A program made the translations under genes and the position numbers. DNA of 64,000 nucleotides from Thermoplasmatota archaeon (GTDB taxonomy: Archaea; Thermoplasmatota; Thermoplasmata; UBA10834): NCBI GenBank assembly GCA_040751795.1, contig JBFMHR010000004.1:1-64000 (forward strand). The letters run 5' to 3'. The stretch's first letter is position 1, and each line of letters opens with the position of its first letter. Of this stretch, positions 17,641 to 27,195 are shown in pieces. Below the pieces are notes generated by a model. That model was not told the origin of the DNA, did not search any database, and saw only the letters and a list, made by a program, of their open reading frames with translations.

Positions 17641-20600
17641 CTACTGCGCGGGCGGGGGTTCCTCTGCGGGAGCCATGCCTTCCATGCCTCCGAGCTCTCC
17701 CTTGGCGCCCTTCTTCCTCTTCATGAGGATCAGGGCCACGACCGCGACGACCACTATCAGGAGCAGCGCGATCCCGATGTAGAGCGCCCAGTTGGTGGCA
17801 TCGGCAGCCACCGTCACGTCGGCCGTCTTCTCGCTCAGGACCGAGTCGGCGTGCTCCAGGCCGTCGTCCACCGTCGCGTTGACGGTGAACTCGCCGTCCG
17901 CCTCGTAGGCGTGCGTGAACTCGACCGTGGAGTCCTCCCCTGGTGTCAGGTCGACGGTCTCCTCGTCCGTGGCCCCGTCGCCGAACTCTATCACGACGGT
18001 GACCTCGTCGCCCTCAAGGTCGCTCACCCTGACGGAGAAGGTCAGCTCCTCTCCGATGGCGTATTCGTCCTTGTCCGGCGAGATCGTCATCGCCTCGAGG
18101 ATGGCCTTGTAGTTCGCCTCCGAGACCGAGACGGTCGCAGTGACGGTCTCGTTGTGCCCGTTGCCATCGTCGACATACAGCGAGAGGGTGAACGTCCCGG
18201 TGTCGGTGTACGTGTGGTTGGCGGCGTACATCTCGTCCGGGTCGCCCATGGTCATGCCGGTCCCGTCGCCCCAGTCGTACCACGCGGTGAGCTCGTCGCC
18301 GTCCGCGTCTGTAACCGAGAGCGGAGCGAATGACATCTCCACGTTGTACTTGGCCGAGAACGAGCTCGGGAACTGGATCTCCGGCGGGTCGTTCGTTATC
18401 TCGGAGACCGTCAGGCTGAACGTCCCGGAGATGTTGTGGTCGACCTCGCCGTCGTCCGCCCAGACCGTCACGGTGTATGTGTCGGGCAGCTCGTAGGTGT
18501 GCGTGAACTCGACGTACTGCCTGGTTGTGACGCCTCCGGCCGTGGTGGCGCTGGATGCGTTGCCGTCGCCGAAGGCCACCGTGATGACCAGGTCGTCCCC
18601 GTCAGAGTCTATGGCGCTGACGTTGAGGGTGGTCTCGACGTCTATGTATACAGGGCTCGGCGTGGCGTCGAGGCTGAACGAGCCCGGCGGGGTGTTGTCC
18701 AGCGATATCACCGCGTCGGCTGTCGCAGACGCGTTGTGTCCTGCCTCGCCGTCATCGACGAAGACCTCCACGGTGTAGGTCCCCTCGGCGTCCCACGTGT
18801 GGGTCACCTCGGAGGTGAGCGTCTCCCCGGCCACGGTCGGGGTGAGCTTCTCGACCGTGAAGGTGCCGTCGTCCCATGCCCAGGTGAAGGTCAGTTCCTC
18901 CAGGTCAGGATCCGAGGAGCTCGCGATGCAGGTCGTCTCCAGCAGCGGCTTGCCGTAGATCGGCTGGATCGTCGGGTCAGCGGGCGGCTGGTTCACGATG
19001 ACCTCGTAGGGCACGCTCAGGGACACGTTGTGGTCGCCCTCCTCGGAGTAGGTGTCGTACACCCACGCCTTAACGGTGTAGTCGCCCGGCACCGTCCAGG
19101 TGTGCTGGACGCTGCTGGTGACCGCGACCCCGTCCGCTATGCCCGTCTTGGAATCTACCGTGTAGGTGTAGTCACCCCAGTCCCAGGTGAACTTCAGGTC
19201 CGTCCCCATCGTGCCGCCGTCAGGGTCCATCGCCGAGACGGAGAACGTCACTGGCGTCTCCACGTATGTCGGCGGGTCGACGTCGTAGGTCACCGCTGAG
19301 GTGAACTGCGGCGGCGCGTCCGCGCCGACGACCTCCACGGTCGCGTTCCTGTAGTAGATGCGCCCCTCGAACATGTCTGTCAGAGAGACGGACAGCTCCA
19401 GATTGTCGGCCGCCGTGTAGGTGTGGCTGACGTTGCAGTAGGTCCTGGCGGTCGTGTCGCCGGTCAGGTGGAACTCGTACGTGTCTCCGTCGCCGAAGGA
19501 GTAGTTGCACCACAGCTCGTCCCCCTCGGGGTCGGAGACCGCGACCGAGAAGTCCTCGGGCTGGTCGACGTACGCAGTGTACATGTCCTCAGGCGGGACG
19601 TTGAATATCGGCGCCCTGTTGACCACGGGTTCAAGCTGGAACCACAGCCAGAGCAGGTCGGAGCAGGTGTTCAGGCCGTTGTGCGCCTCCCAGTCGCCCC
19701 AGTTCTCGAACCTCTGGTCCGTGTAGGCGTAGAGGCCGAGGTCGTAGAACGGCGGATTCTCGCAGTACGAGTCGTAGACCATCTGCTGGAGGTTGTCCAC
19801 TATGGCCTTGCGCTCGTCCTGGTCCAGCGTGTGCATTGCGATGCTTACGTTCTGGTCGAACGACGAGAAGCCGTTGCGGTCAGCGAGGTCGAACTCGTCG
19901 ATCATGCTGGCGTTGATGAACGGCGATGTCGTGTAGTTGCCGTTGTGCACCCACCACTCGCCCATGGGCATCTGGCAGTTGTCGCCGCCACCCTCTATCT
20001 CGGTGGTCAGCCAGCATGTGAGCGCGCCGCCGAGCGGCTCAGGCCCCCAGCCCCAGTGCCAGACCCATATGTCGTAGTCGGCCTTGTACCACGCCTGGTT
20101 GATCATGGTTATCTCAGACTCGACGGTGGAGACGAAGCCGATGCCGGCCTGTTCCGCCCAGCCCTGCCATGCGATGACGATGTTGCCGTATGTCGGGTCG
20201 GTGTCAGGCGCCTGGCATCTGATCCCGGACAGTTCGGTCCCGGCGTCGAAGTAGCCCTCTTGGACACCGAAGGCCGAGTCGGTCGCCTCGAGGAATCCGT
20301 CCCCGTCGGCGTCGTCCCAGCCGTTGGCCTCGAGGTACGCTTTCGCGCCCGCCGGGTCGTACGGCACCTGGTTCTCGATAATCTTGTGCCAGAACCCGGG
20401 GTCAACGACCGAGGCGCCCAGCGTGGCCAGTCCGCTCAACAGGGTCTCATTGATGTAGTCCTTGTTGAGGGTCATCATTATGGCCTTCCTCACCTGGGGA
20501 TCCAGGAGCGCGACGTGCCCCGTGTCCGCGTAGGTCGGGAGCCGGAACACATCGGGTATGGCGTTGATCGCAATGTCGCAGATGCCGTTCTCCTGGACGG

Positions 20601-21504
20601 CCGCCTTTATCACGTTGACCGTCGCGCTGCTCCCTCCGACAGTGTCCACGAACGAGGGGACATCGCCGGTGAGCACGACCGTGTCCTCGGTGCCGCTGTT
20701 CATCGCGAGGCACAGTGCGGGCATGTCGGTGTATACAGTGTATATGATGCCGTTCAGGCCCTCATCGACGTCCCTGACGCCGGGGTAGTCGGTGGCGCCG
20801 TGGTAGTTGGGGGCCCTCTTGAACTTGTACCATGCGTCCTTGAGCATGTCCTCGTATACGAACGGACCGCTGCCCACGAGCGTCTCGGGGGCCATGCCGC
20901 CGAGCGGGTTCTTGACATCGGTCCATATGTACTCCGGCACGATCGGCAACGAGGTGATGTCGTCGATGAGCGTCGCCTTCACGTACGGTGTCCACATGCT
21001 GACCGTGAACTCGTCCACGGCGATGATGTCGCTGACCTCTATGAGGTAGTAGTCGAAGGCGCCGCCCTCGTTGGCCTTCATTAGGTTGAGAGCGAACGCG
21101 ACATCGGACGCCGTCAGCTGGTGCGTCGTGTCGTCTATGTTATCGGCGCTCCTGAAGTAAGCGTTCTCGGTGATGGTTATGGTGGTCGTCATGCTGCCGT
21201 TGGCGTGGACTTCCTGCGTGTAGCCCGTGGCCAGGTCGTTGACCGGTCCGTTCCAGTCCTGGTCATAGGTGAACAGCGAGCTGTGTATCAGATAGCACGC
21301 CACGTAGTCCTCGACCATCTCTATAGCCAGTGGGTTCCAATTCACGATCGTACTGAGCCAGCCAACTCTCACGTATCCCTCGTCCGCCGCCGCGGCGTTC
21401 TCGACCGGTGGTTCGTCCGCGACCATCGGGATGGCCGCGACTGCCATGGTGGCGACGATCAGGATAGCCAATGCACGTACTGCTGCCATGCTGTATCCCT
21501 TCAT
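17641..21504 (-). CDS. Family-5 ABC solute-binding protein fused to six PKD repeats and a C-terminal TM anchor
   Basis: Signal peptide; DLAT, LTASDVAF, VGSGPF, D..VRKAI; six (F/W)GDG-type...H(T/A)(Y/W) repeats; hydrophobic C-terminal helix followed by KRKK. Confidence 0.9.
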   Translation of the reverse strand: MKGYSMAAVRALAILIVATMAVAAIPMVADEPPVENAAAADEGYVRVGWLSTIVNWNPLAIEMVEDYVACYLIHSSLFTYDQDWNGPVNDLATGYTQEVHANGSMTTTITITENAYFRSADNIDDTTHQLTASDVAFALNLMKANEGGAFDYYLIEVSDIIAVDEFTVSMWTPYVKATLIDDITSLPIVPEYIWTDVKNPLGGMAPETLVGSGPFVYEDMLKDAWYKFKRAPNYHGATDYPGVRDVDEGLNGIIYTVYTDMPALCLAMNSGTEDTVVLTGDVPSFVDTVGGSSATVNVIKAAVQENGICDIAINAIPDVFRLPTYADTGHVALLDPQVRKAIMMTLNKDYINETLLSGLATLGASVVDPGFWHKIIENQVPYDPAGAKAYLEANGWDDADGDGFLEATDSAFGVQEGYFDAGTELSGIRCQAPDTDPTYGNIVIAWQGWAEQAGIGFVSTVESEITMINQAWYKADYDIWVWHWGWGPEPLGGALTCWLTTEIEGGGDNCQMPMGEWWVHNGNYTTSPFINASMIDEFDLADRNGFSSFDQNVSIAMHTLDQDERKAIVDNLQQMVYDSYCENPPFYDLGLYAYTDQRFENWGDWEAHNGLNTCSDLLWLWFQLEPVVNRAPIFNVPPEDMYTAYVDQPEDFSVAVSDPEGDELWCNYSFGDGDTYEFHLTGDTTARTYCNVSHTYTAADNLELSVSLTDMFEGRIYYRNATVEVVGADAPPQFTSAVTYDVDPPTYVETPVTFSVSAMDPDGGTMGTDLKFTWDWGDYTYTVDSKTGIADGVAVTSSVQHTWTVPGDYTVKAWVYDTYSEEGDHNVSLSVPYEVIVNQPPADPTIQPIYGKPLLETTCIASSSDPDLEELTFTWAWDDGTFTVEKLTPTVAGETLTSEVTHTWDAEGTYTVEVFVDDGEAGHNASATADAVISLDNTPPGSFSLDATPSPVYIDVETTLNVSAIDSDGDDLVITVAFGDGNASSATTAGGVTTRQYVEFTHTYELPDTYTVTVWADDGEVDHNISGTFSLTVSEITNDPPEIQFPSSFSAKYNVEMSFAPLSVTDADGDELTAWYDWGDGTGMTMGDPDEMYAANHTYTDTGTFTLSLYVDDGNGHNETVTATVSVSEANYKAILEAMTISPDKDEYAIGEELTFSVRVSDLEGDEVTVVIEFGDGATDEETVDLTPGEDSTVEFTHAYEADGEFTVNATVDDGLEHADSVLSEKTADVTVAADATNWALYIGIALLLIVVVAVVALILMKRKKGAKGELGGMEGMAPAEEPPPAQ

Positions 21505-21590
21505 ACACTAATCCCCTGCATAATCCCCGTTACAGAGCTTCAAGAGACCTTAGCCAGGCCCCCCATAGCGCGGGCATTGAACTTTATGCT

Positions 21591-21615
21591 ATATAAACAA
21601 TGTGCGCATGCGCAC
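21591..21615 (-). promoter_or_regulatory. TATA box of the peptide ABC operon with adjacent 14-bp palindrome
   Basis: Minus-strand TTTATATA next to perfect palindrome GTGCGCATGCGCAC (21602-21615). Confidence 0.5.
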
Positions 21616-21788
21616 GCCCACGCGGAGCCAGACAGCGCGCGATGTACACCTATGGCCTGTGCGCGCGCAGTTCGTTGTACAAGCGTCGAACATGCGCCCC
21701 GGCCACCCTGGACTCCGCGCCGTCTCTGCCACTGCGCGGGCCATTCCCTCCATCGTTCGAAATGAGTATGTGTGCTTCGGAAATCGGA

Positions 21789-23243
21789 CTAGCGGGCGGG
21801 GCGCCGCCTGCCTCGCCGTCCTCTCCCGCCCCGTGCCTCGTCCCTCCCTGAGACCTCGACGTACTTCCACATCACCGTGATCACGCTCTTCTCGAAGTCG
21901 CGCATCCCCTCGACGACGGCGAACTCGTTGGGCGAGTGCGCGCGCGCTCCGAACCCCAGGCCGACGCCTCCCCAGGGCACTCCCAGCACCTGGTCGAAGA
22001 GGTAGAAGGGCGCGGACCCGGCCATCATCGGCCAGACCTCGGGCTCCTTCCCGTGGTACCTCATCGCCTCGACGCATGCGACCGAGATGTCCTCGCGCGG
22101 CGAGACCTTCGACCAAGGGTAGTCCTCGTAGGTGCGCATCCGTATGTCGGTGAAGCCCCTCCTCCGCAGGTGGGCCATCACCTTCTCCCTCGTCCCCTCC
22201 ACCGTCATGTCCGGGACGGTCCTGATGTCGACCTTGGCGACCGCCCTCTGCGGGATGACGGTCTTCGTGCCCGGCTCTGTGTAGCCGGATACGAGCCCGT
22301 CGATGTTCACCGACGGATCGAACAGGTACCTCGTGATCATCTCCTCAGTGGTGCCGCCGCCCTTGAACTTCGGCGTACCGAGCTCCTTCAGGTGCTCGTC
22401 CGGGTCGAAGCCCGGCGCGACCTTCGCGATGAGCTCCCGGTCGTCGCTGTCCGGCTCCCTGACGTCATCCCATATCCCGTCGATCGCGGGCCTCTGGTCG
22501 GCGTCCACCATCGTGGCCAGGGCCTGCGTGAGCCTCCACGCGGGGTTGTGGACCCACGACGCCTCGCCGCTGTGCACCTCCCCGTTCATCGGGCCCCCGG
22601 TGGCGGGGTTGCCCTCCGCTATCAGGTCGAAGTACACGACCCCTTTCAGCCCCAGGGATATCACGGGCACCCCCTTCGGGTCCTCGCTGTAGTCGAAGCC
22701 GAAGGCGACGTCCGCCTTCGAGAGCCTCGCCTTGTTCTCCGTGACGTAGTTGGGCAGGCTGAGGCCGCCGCACTCCTCCTCGCCCTCTATCAGGAAGTGC
22801 ATGTTGAGGGGCATCTCCCCCTTGTCCAGCATGGTCCTCACCGCGAGGATCATGCCGGCCAGCGCCCCCTTCGAGTTGTAGGTCCCCCTGCCGACCACGA
22901 CCTCCCCGAAAGGCTTCTTGCGCACGATGGCCGCGGCGAAGGGCGGGTGGTCCCACTCCTCCAGGTCCCCGACCGGCTGCACGTCGTACATCCCGTAGAG
23001 GATGCCCGTCCTCTCCGCGCCGACGTCGAGGTATCCGGCGACCAGTGGGTGGCTGTCCCTCGCGCCCCTGAAGAGCCTCGCCTTCACGCCGAGCCCGGAC
23101 AGCATCTCCGAGACGGCTTCGGCCGTCTCCTCGATCCCCTCGCCCGTCATGGACACGCTGGGCATCCTGAGCAGCTCCCTGGTCTCCTCGAGGTGCTTGG
23201 CCCAGCTCCTGTCTATCTCCCTGTGCAGCTCCTTCAGCGGCAT
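21789..23243 (-). CDS. M20/M25/M40 family metallohydrolase (peptidase/deacylase)
   Basis: YGMYDVQP, GRGTYNSKG, EGEEECG, GLKG, VHSG, AHSPNE. Confidence 0.9.
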   Translation of the reverse strand: MPLKELHREIDRSWAKHLEETRELLRMPSVSMTGEGIEETAEAVSEMLSGLGVKARLFRGARDSHPLVAGYLDVGAERTGILYGMYDVQPVGDLEEWDHPPFAAAIVRKKPFGEVVVGRGTYNSKGALAGMILAVRTMLDKGEMPLNMHFLIEGEEECGGLSLPNYVTENKARLSKADVAFGFDYSEDPKGVPVISLGLKGVVYFDLIAEGNPATGGPMNGEVHSGEASWVHNPAWRLTQALATMVDADQRPAIDGIWDDVREPDSDDRELIAKVAPGFDPDEHLKELGTPKFKGGGTTEEMITRYLFDPSVNIDGLVSGYTEPGTKTVIPQRAVAKVDIRTVPDMTVEGTREKVMAHLRRRGFTDIRMRTYEDYPWSKVSPREDISVACVEAMRYHGKEPEVWPMMAGSAPFYLFDQVLGVPWGGVGLGFGARAHSPNEFAVVEGMRDFEKSVITVMWKYVEVSGRDEARGGRGRRGRRRPAR

Positions 23244-23281
23244 GGCATCTCCCCCTCCGACGGGCGAAAAGACCTATACGC

Positions 23282-23470
23282 TCAGTTGCCGAGGAACCTC
23301 GCCTTGGGCGCCTTCTCGTTCGACACGATGCTCTGCACGGGGGCGTTGTGGCACCTTATGGCGCTCGCCTCGTCCTTGTACACCCTCCCGCACGTGAAAC
23401 ACTTGAACATCGTCTGCGCCATCTCGGTCAGCTCCTCGGGCGGGACGTGTATCGCGTGGTCAGTAATCAA
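23282..23470 (-). CDS. Small C2H2/C2HC-like zinc-finger protein
   Basis: FKCFTCGRVYKDEASAIRCH; sits inside a tightly packed minus-strand gene string; start uncertain. Confidence 0.6.
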   Translation of the reverse strand: MITDHAIHVPPEELTEMAQTMFKCFTCGRVYKDEASAIRCHNAPVQSIVSNEKAPKARFLGN

Positions 23471-23474
23471 ACTT

Positions 23475-23750
23475 TCACTTCGAGCCGAGGTGTCTGGAGA
23501 GCGCGGCCCTCGCCTCGGAGGTGAGCTGCGCGTCCTGCTTCGAAAGCATCTCATCGAGCGCCTTCACCGACGGCGGGTCCCTGAGGAAGACCGGGATGTA
23601 GCTGGTGGTCGTGTCGATGACGAGGACCGCCACCAGCTCGTCCTGGACGAGCTCCCTCCCCTCGACCTCCGCCCTGAAGGAGACAAACGGCAGGATGTCC
23701 GGAGGCACGTTCCGCACCTCCGTGATCGCCACGAGGTTCGCCTTGTGCAT
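23475..23750 (-). CDS. DUF749 (MTH1880-like) protein
   Basis: 91 aa; ANLV.I..V..VP.DI.PFV...IDTTTSY.PVF; position after hdrB matches the methanogen hdrC-hdrB-DUF749 order. Confidence 0.7.
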   Translation of the reverse strand: MHKANLVAITEVRNVPPDILPFVSFRAEVEGRELVQDELVAVLVIDTTTSYIPVFLRDPPSVKALDEMLSKQDAQLTSEARAALSRHLGSK

Positions 23751-23771
23751 GTCCGGACACCCCTGTGGGTT

Positions 23772-24623
23772 TCAGATGTTGACCTTGGTCTGGTGGCACT
23801 CGAGGCCGAGCTTCTCCTTCTCGAGCCCGAACGCGAGGCCAAGGAGCTGCGACAGGTGCAGCACCGGTATGCCGAACTCCTTCAGCTGCGCCTGGCCGGC
23901 GTCGTACTGGAGGTGGCAGAACGGGCAGCAGTCGACTATGACCTCCGCGCCCGCGGCCTTCATGTTCGTCAGGTTCTCCTTGGTCATCTTGAGCGCCACG
24001 TCCGGCGTCCTGGCCCTCACGCCGCCGCCAGCGCCGCAGCACGTCCCCTTGTCCTTGAAGGGGAGGCTCGTCACGCCGGCCGCCTCGACGATGTCGTCGA
24101 ATATGTGCGGCCTCTCGGCGTCGTCGATCTTCTTGATGTTGCTGGGCTTCAGGAAGTGGCAGCCGTAGTGCACCGCCGCCTTCATCCCCTTGCCCTGCTT
24201 GGCCTTGGCCCGGATGGCCTCGACGCCGACGTCCTTGTAGAGCAGCTCGACGAAGTGCCTCACGGTCACGGTGCCCTGGTACTCGTCCACGCCGGCCTCC
24301 TTGAGGATCTTGTTGACCTTCTTCCTCAGCTCGGGGTCGTGGTTGAGCTTGTGGGCGACCTCGAACAGGGTGTCGAAGCAGCCGTTGCATATGGTCACTA
24401 TGTCGACGCCCATCTTCTCCGCGATCACGAGGTTCCTCGCGGCCACGGACATCCAGTACATCTGGTCGAACGACCTCATCACTCCGGGAGCGGGGCAGCA
24501 GCTCGCGCCCTGCATGTCGACCAGCTCGACGCCGAGCGCGTCCATTACCGACCTGGACGAGCTCTCGATCCCCGGGTACCTGAGGGGCATGATGCACCCC
24601 AGGAAGAATCCGTACTTCGCCAT
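23772..24623 (-). CDS. hdrB: Heterodisulfide reductase subunit B
   Basis: FLGC, SCCPAPG, CNGC, HYGCH..KP, CCGAGGGVR, CPFCHLQYD (two CCG domains). Confidence 0.95.
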   Translation of the reverse strand: MAKYGFFLGCIMPLRYPGIESSSRSVMDALGVELVDMQGASCCPAPGVMRSFDQMYWMSVAARNLVIAEKMGVDIVTICNGCFDTLFEVAHKLNHDPELRKKVNKILKEAGVDEYQGTVTVRHFVELLYKDVGVEAIRAKAKQGKGMKAAVHYGCHFLKPSNIKKIDDAERPHIFDDIVEAAGVTSLPFKDKGTCCGAGGGVRARTPDVALKMTKENLTNMKAAGAEVIVDCCPFCHLQYDAGQAQLKEFGIPVLHLSQLLGLAFGLEKEKLGLECHQTKVNI

Positions 24624-24624
24624 C

Positions 24625-25146
24625 TCACTTGCCTCCTGCGATCAGCTTGTCGAAGCCGCACGCGGCCCCGATCCTCTTCACCTGCTCGAGGGCCTTCGGG
24701 TCCGAGAACACCGTCGGCGGGGTGTTCTGCAGGCCGAGCCTCCCCCTGAGCGCCTTGTCCTCGTCCCTGAGGGACACGAGGTGCCCGGTCTTGGAGATGA
24801 GCTCCGCGACCTTCCTGTGCGGCTCCGCCATGTGCCCCTTCCTCACGGCCATGTTCCTGAGGGCCATGATGACGTCGACTATCTCGACGCCCCTCGGGCA
24901 CCTCTCGTAGCACGTGAAGCAGGTCGTGCACAGCCACAGGTCGTCCGACGGGAGCACGTCCTCCTCGAACCCCAGCTGCGCGCGCCTGACGAGCTTCCTC
25001 ACCCGGAAGGCCGTCTGCCTCCCCGATGGGCAGCTGCCCGTGCACGTGCCGCACTGGAAGCACAGGTTGACCGTCTTGCCCCCGGCCTCTACCACCTTTC
25101 TCGTGAACTCCGGGTTCGGTTCCTTGGCCTCAGCCAAAACACTCAC
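24625..25146 (-). CDS. hdrC: Heterodisulfide reductase subunit C
   Basis: CFQCGTCTGSCPSG and LWLCTTCFTCYERCPRGV. Confidence 0.95.
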   Translation of the reverse strand: MSVLAEAKEPNPEFTRKVVEAGGKTVNLCFQCGTCTGSCPSGRQTAFRVRKLVRRAQLGFEEDVLPSDDLWLCTTCFTCYERCPRGVEIVDVIMALRNMAVRKGHMAEPHRKVAELISKTGHLVSLRDEDKALRGRLGLQNTPPTVFSDPKALEQVKRIGAACGFDKLIAGGK

Positions 25147-25213
25147 CGGACGGGGCACGGGCCCGAGCGTATTTGAGGGTTTTGCCCGGACGGGTTAAGC
25201 GTTACCCTTTGGG

Positions 25214-26023
25214 CTAAAGCCCCGCCCTCCTCGCCTCCGAGATGAATCGGCCCACTTCCGTGCTCCCGGAGCACGGGACCGCCACTATCGAGTGCTGCGA
25301 CCACCTCTGCTCCCTTGCGCCGTGCGCCTTGACGACCCCCCTCCGGACGAGGCTCCTGTTGACGAAGTAGCTCACTTCCATGGTGTCGAGGACCGCCGGC
25401 TCGAAGACGGTGCACGCGACCCTGTGCTCCACCCCCCTCTGCTCGAGGTGCCTGAAGGCGAGCCTCTGCGCCCCGAAGGCGAGGCGGGCGTAGTCCGGCC
25501 CGCAGCGCCTGTGCATGAGGACGTCGCTCCCGACCTCCGTCCCCTCGAACGTGTCGGCACGCTCCATCGCGTAGAGCGCATCGTCCAGGACGACGCAGTC
25601 CAGCCTCCCCTCGTCCATCATGCGCAGGTTCTGCTCGTCCGTCGATATCCAGACCCTGCACGCGGTGCCGCAGGCGGAGAGCGCCGTCGCCGCCGTCAGC
25701 ACGCACCTCTCTGAGACCAGCGTCCCGGCGACCCGCAGCGCGTCCTCGTCCCTCAACCTGAGCTCGAAGGCCTCGAAGGTCCGGAGCAGGTCCCTGCCGG
25801 CGCCGGTGAGGGACGTGCCCCTGCTCGACGTGGTGACGAGCCCCTGGCCCAGCTTCGCCTCCGTCTCCCTCACGTACTTGTGCAGGACGGGCGTGGATAT
25901 GCCCAGCGAGGCCGCGGCCCTCTTCATGCTGCCGCGGTCCCTGAGGGCCGCCAGGGCCTCGAGCTGCCTGTGCGTGACCTCCGCGCCCTCGGCGACGATG
26001 ACCGCCCTCCCCCTCAGCGCCAT
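25214..26023 (-). CDS. LysR/ModE-type wHTH transcriptional regulator
   Basis: QLEAL.A....GSM..AA..LGIS.P.L...V...E..LG..LV...RGT.LT..G. Confidence 0.8.
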   Translation of the reverse strand: MALRGRAVIVAEGAEVTHRQLEALAALRDRGSMKRAAASLGISTPVLHKYVRETEAKLGQGLVTTSSRGTSLTGAGRDLLRTFEAFELRLRDEDALRVAGTLVSERCVLTAATALSACGTACRVWISTDEQNLRMMDEGRLDCVVLDDALYAMERADTFEGTEVGSDVLMHRRCGPDYARLAFGAQRLAFRHLEQRGVEHRVACTVFEPAVLDTMEVSYFVNRSLVRRGVVKAHGAREQRWSQHSIVAVPCSGSTEVGRFISEARRAGL

Positions 26024-26025
26024 CC

Positions 26026-27195
26026 TCACCTCCTCTTCCTGAGGCTGAGGGTGCTCAGCAGGAGCATCGCCAGGGCGAACGCCACCAGGACGGCCACCTG
26101 CGGCCAGACCTCCTCCAGCCCCCAGCCGCGTATCATGACCGACCTGCACCCCTCGACCGCGTATGTCAGTGGGACGAAGTACGACACAGGCCTGAGCAGC
26201 TCGGGCACGGCCTCGAGCGGCCAGAAGACCCCGGCGAGGAGTATCGAAGGGAAGAGGATCAGGGGCATGAACTGGACCGCCTGGAACTCGTTCTTGGCTA
26301 TGGATGAGAGCAGGAAGCCGAGCCCCTGGTTCCCCGCCCCGAGGACGAACACGAGCAGGAGGACGAGCAGGGGGCTGCCGACGATCTGGACCTGGAAGAG
26401 CGCGACCGCCGTGACCAGTATGACGATCGACTGGACGAGCCCCACCAGCCCCAGGGCGAGTGCGTATCCCGCGACGATCTCCCCCTCGGTGACCGGGGTG
26501 GCCAGGAGCCGGTCGAGGGTCCCGGTCGTCCTCTCGTGGACGAAGGAGATGATGGAGAGCATGAAGGTGACCATCATCGCCGCGAGGCCCATGACGCCGG
26601 GGGCGAAGAAGTCGATGAACTCCGCGCCCTCGCCGTACACCCTGTCCTCCGAGACGGCGATGGGCGGGAGGACGTGGTACTCAGAGACCACGGTCTCCTG
26701 GACCGTCAGCCTGACCTCGTTCGTGATCGCCTGGGCGATGTTGGTGTTGCTCGCGTCGATGTATATCGTGACGGTGCCCGGGCCGGAGGTCGGGACGGAG
26801 CCGATGTCCTCGACCGACTGCACCACGTTCTCCGTGAAGTTGCCCCAGAAGACGATCGCCGCCCACGCGTCCCCGGCCTCGACCTCCGAGACGGCCTCCC
26901 CGACAAGTGCTGCGTGGTCCGCCCCGGGCGCGCCGGGCACGTACACCCCCTCAATCTTGAGCACATCGCCCGCGAGCAGTCCGTCCAGGACGGCCTCGGA
27001 GGCCGACGAGTTCGCGTCGCCCGCGTCGAGGTTCACGACGTAGACCGAGACGTCCTCTATGCTCCCTCCGAACGTGTAGCCGAATATGGTGATCATGAAG
27101 AGGGGCATGAGCACGAGGAACCCGGCCGTCCGCCTGTCGTGCTTCAGGGACCTGAGGGTCTTCCTGGCTACGGCGAGCACCCTCCTCGGGTTCAT
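26026..27195 (-). CDS. ABC-2 type exporter permease
   Basis: Multiple TM segments, ERTTGTLDRLLATP, GVFWPLE..P, PLTY. Confidence 0.92.
   Translation of the reverse strand: MNPRRVLAVARKTLRSLKHDRRTAGFLVLMPLFMITIFGYTFGGSIEDVSVYVVNLDAGDANSSASEAVLDGLLAGDVLKIEGVYVPGAPGADHAALVGEAVSEVEAGDAWAAIVFWGNFTENVVQSVEDIGSVPTSGPGTVTIYIDASNTNIAQAITNEVRLTVQETVVSEYHVLPPIAVSEDRVYGEGAEFIDFFAPGVMGLAAMMVTFMLSIISFVHERTTGTLDRLLATPVTEGEIVAGYALALGLVGLVQSIVILVTAVALFQVQIVGSPLLVLLLVFVLGAGNQGLGFLLSSIAKNEFQAVQFMPLILFPSILLAGVFWPLEAVPELLRPVSYFVPLTYAVEGCRSVMIRGWGLEEVWPQVAVLVAFALAMLLLSTLSLRKRR

Noticed and set aside
21936-24749. Long antisense or alternate-frame ORFs (also 37590-40580, 47124-49826, 55167-57491 and many others)
   Set aside because: They are R/G/P- or V/L/H-rich shadows of genuine GC3-biased genes with no motifs
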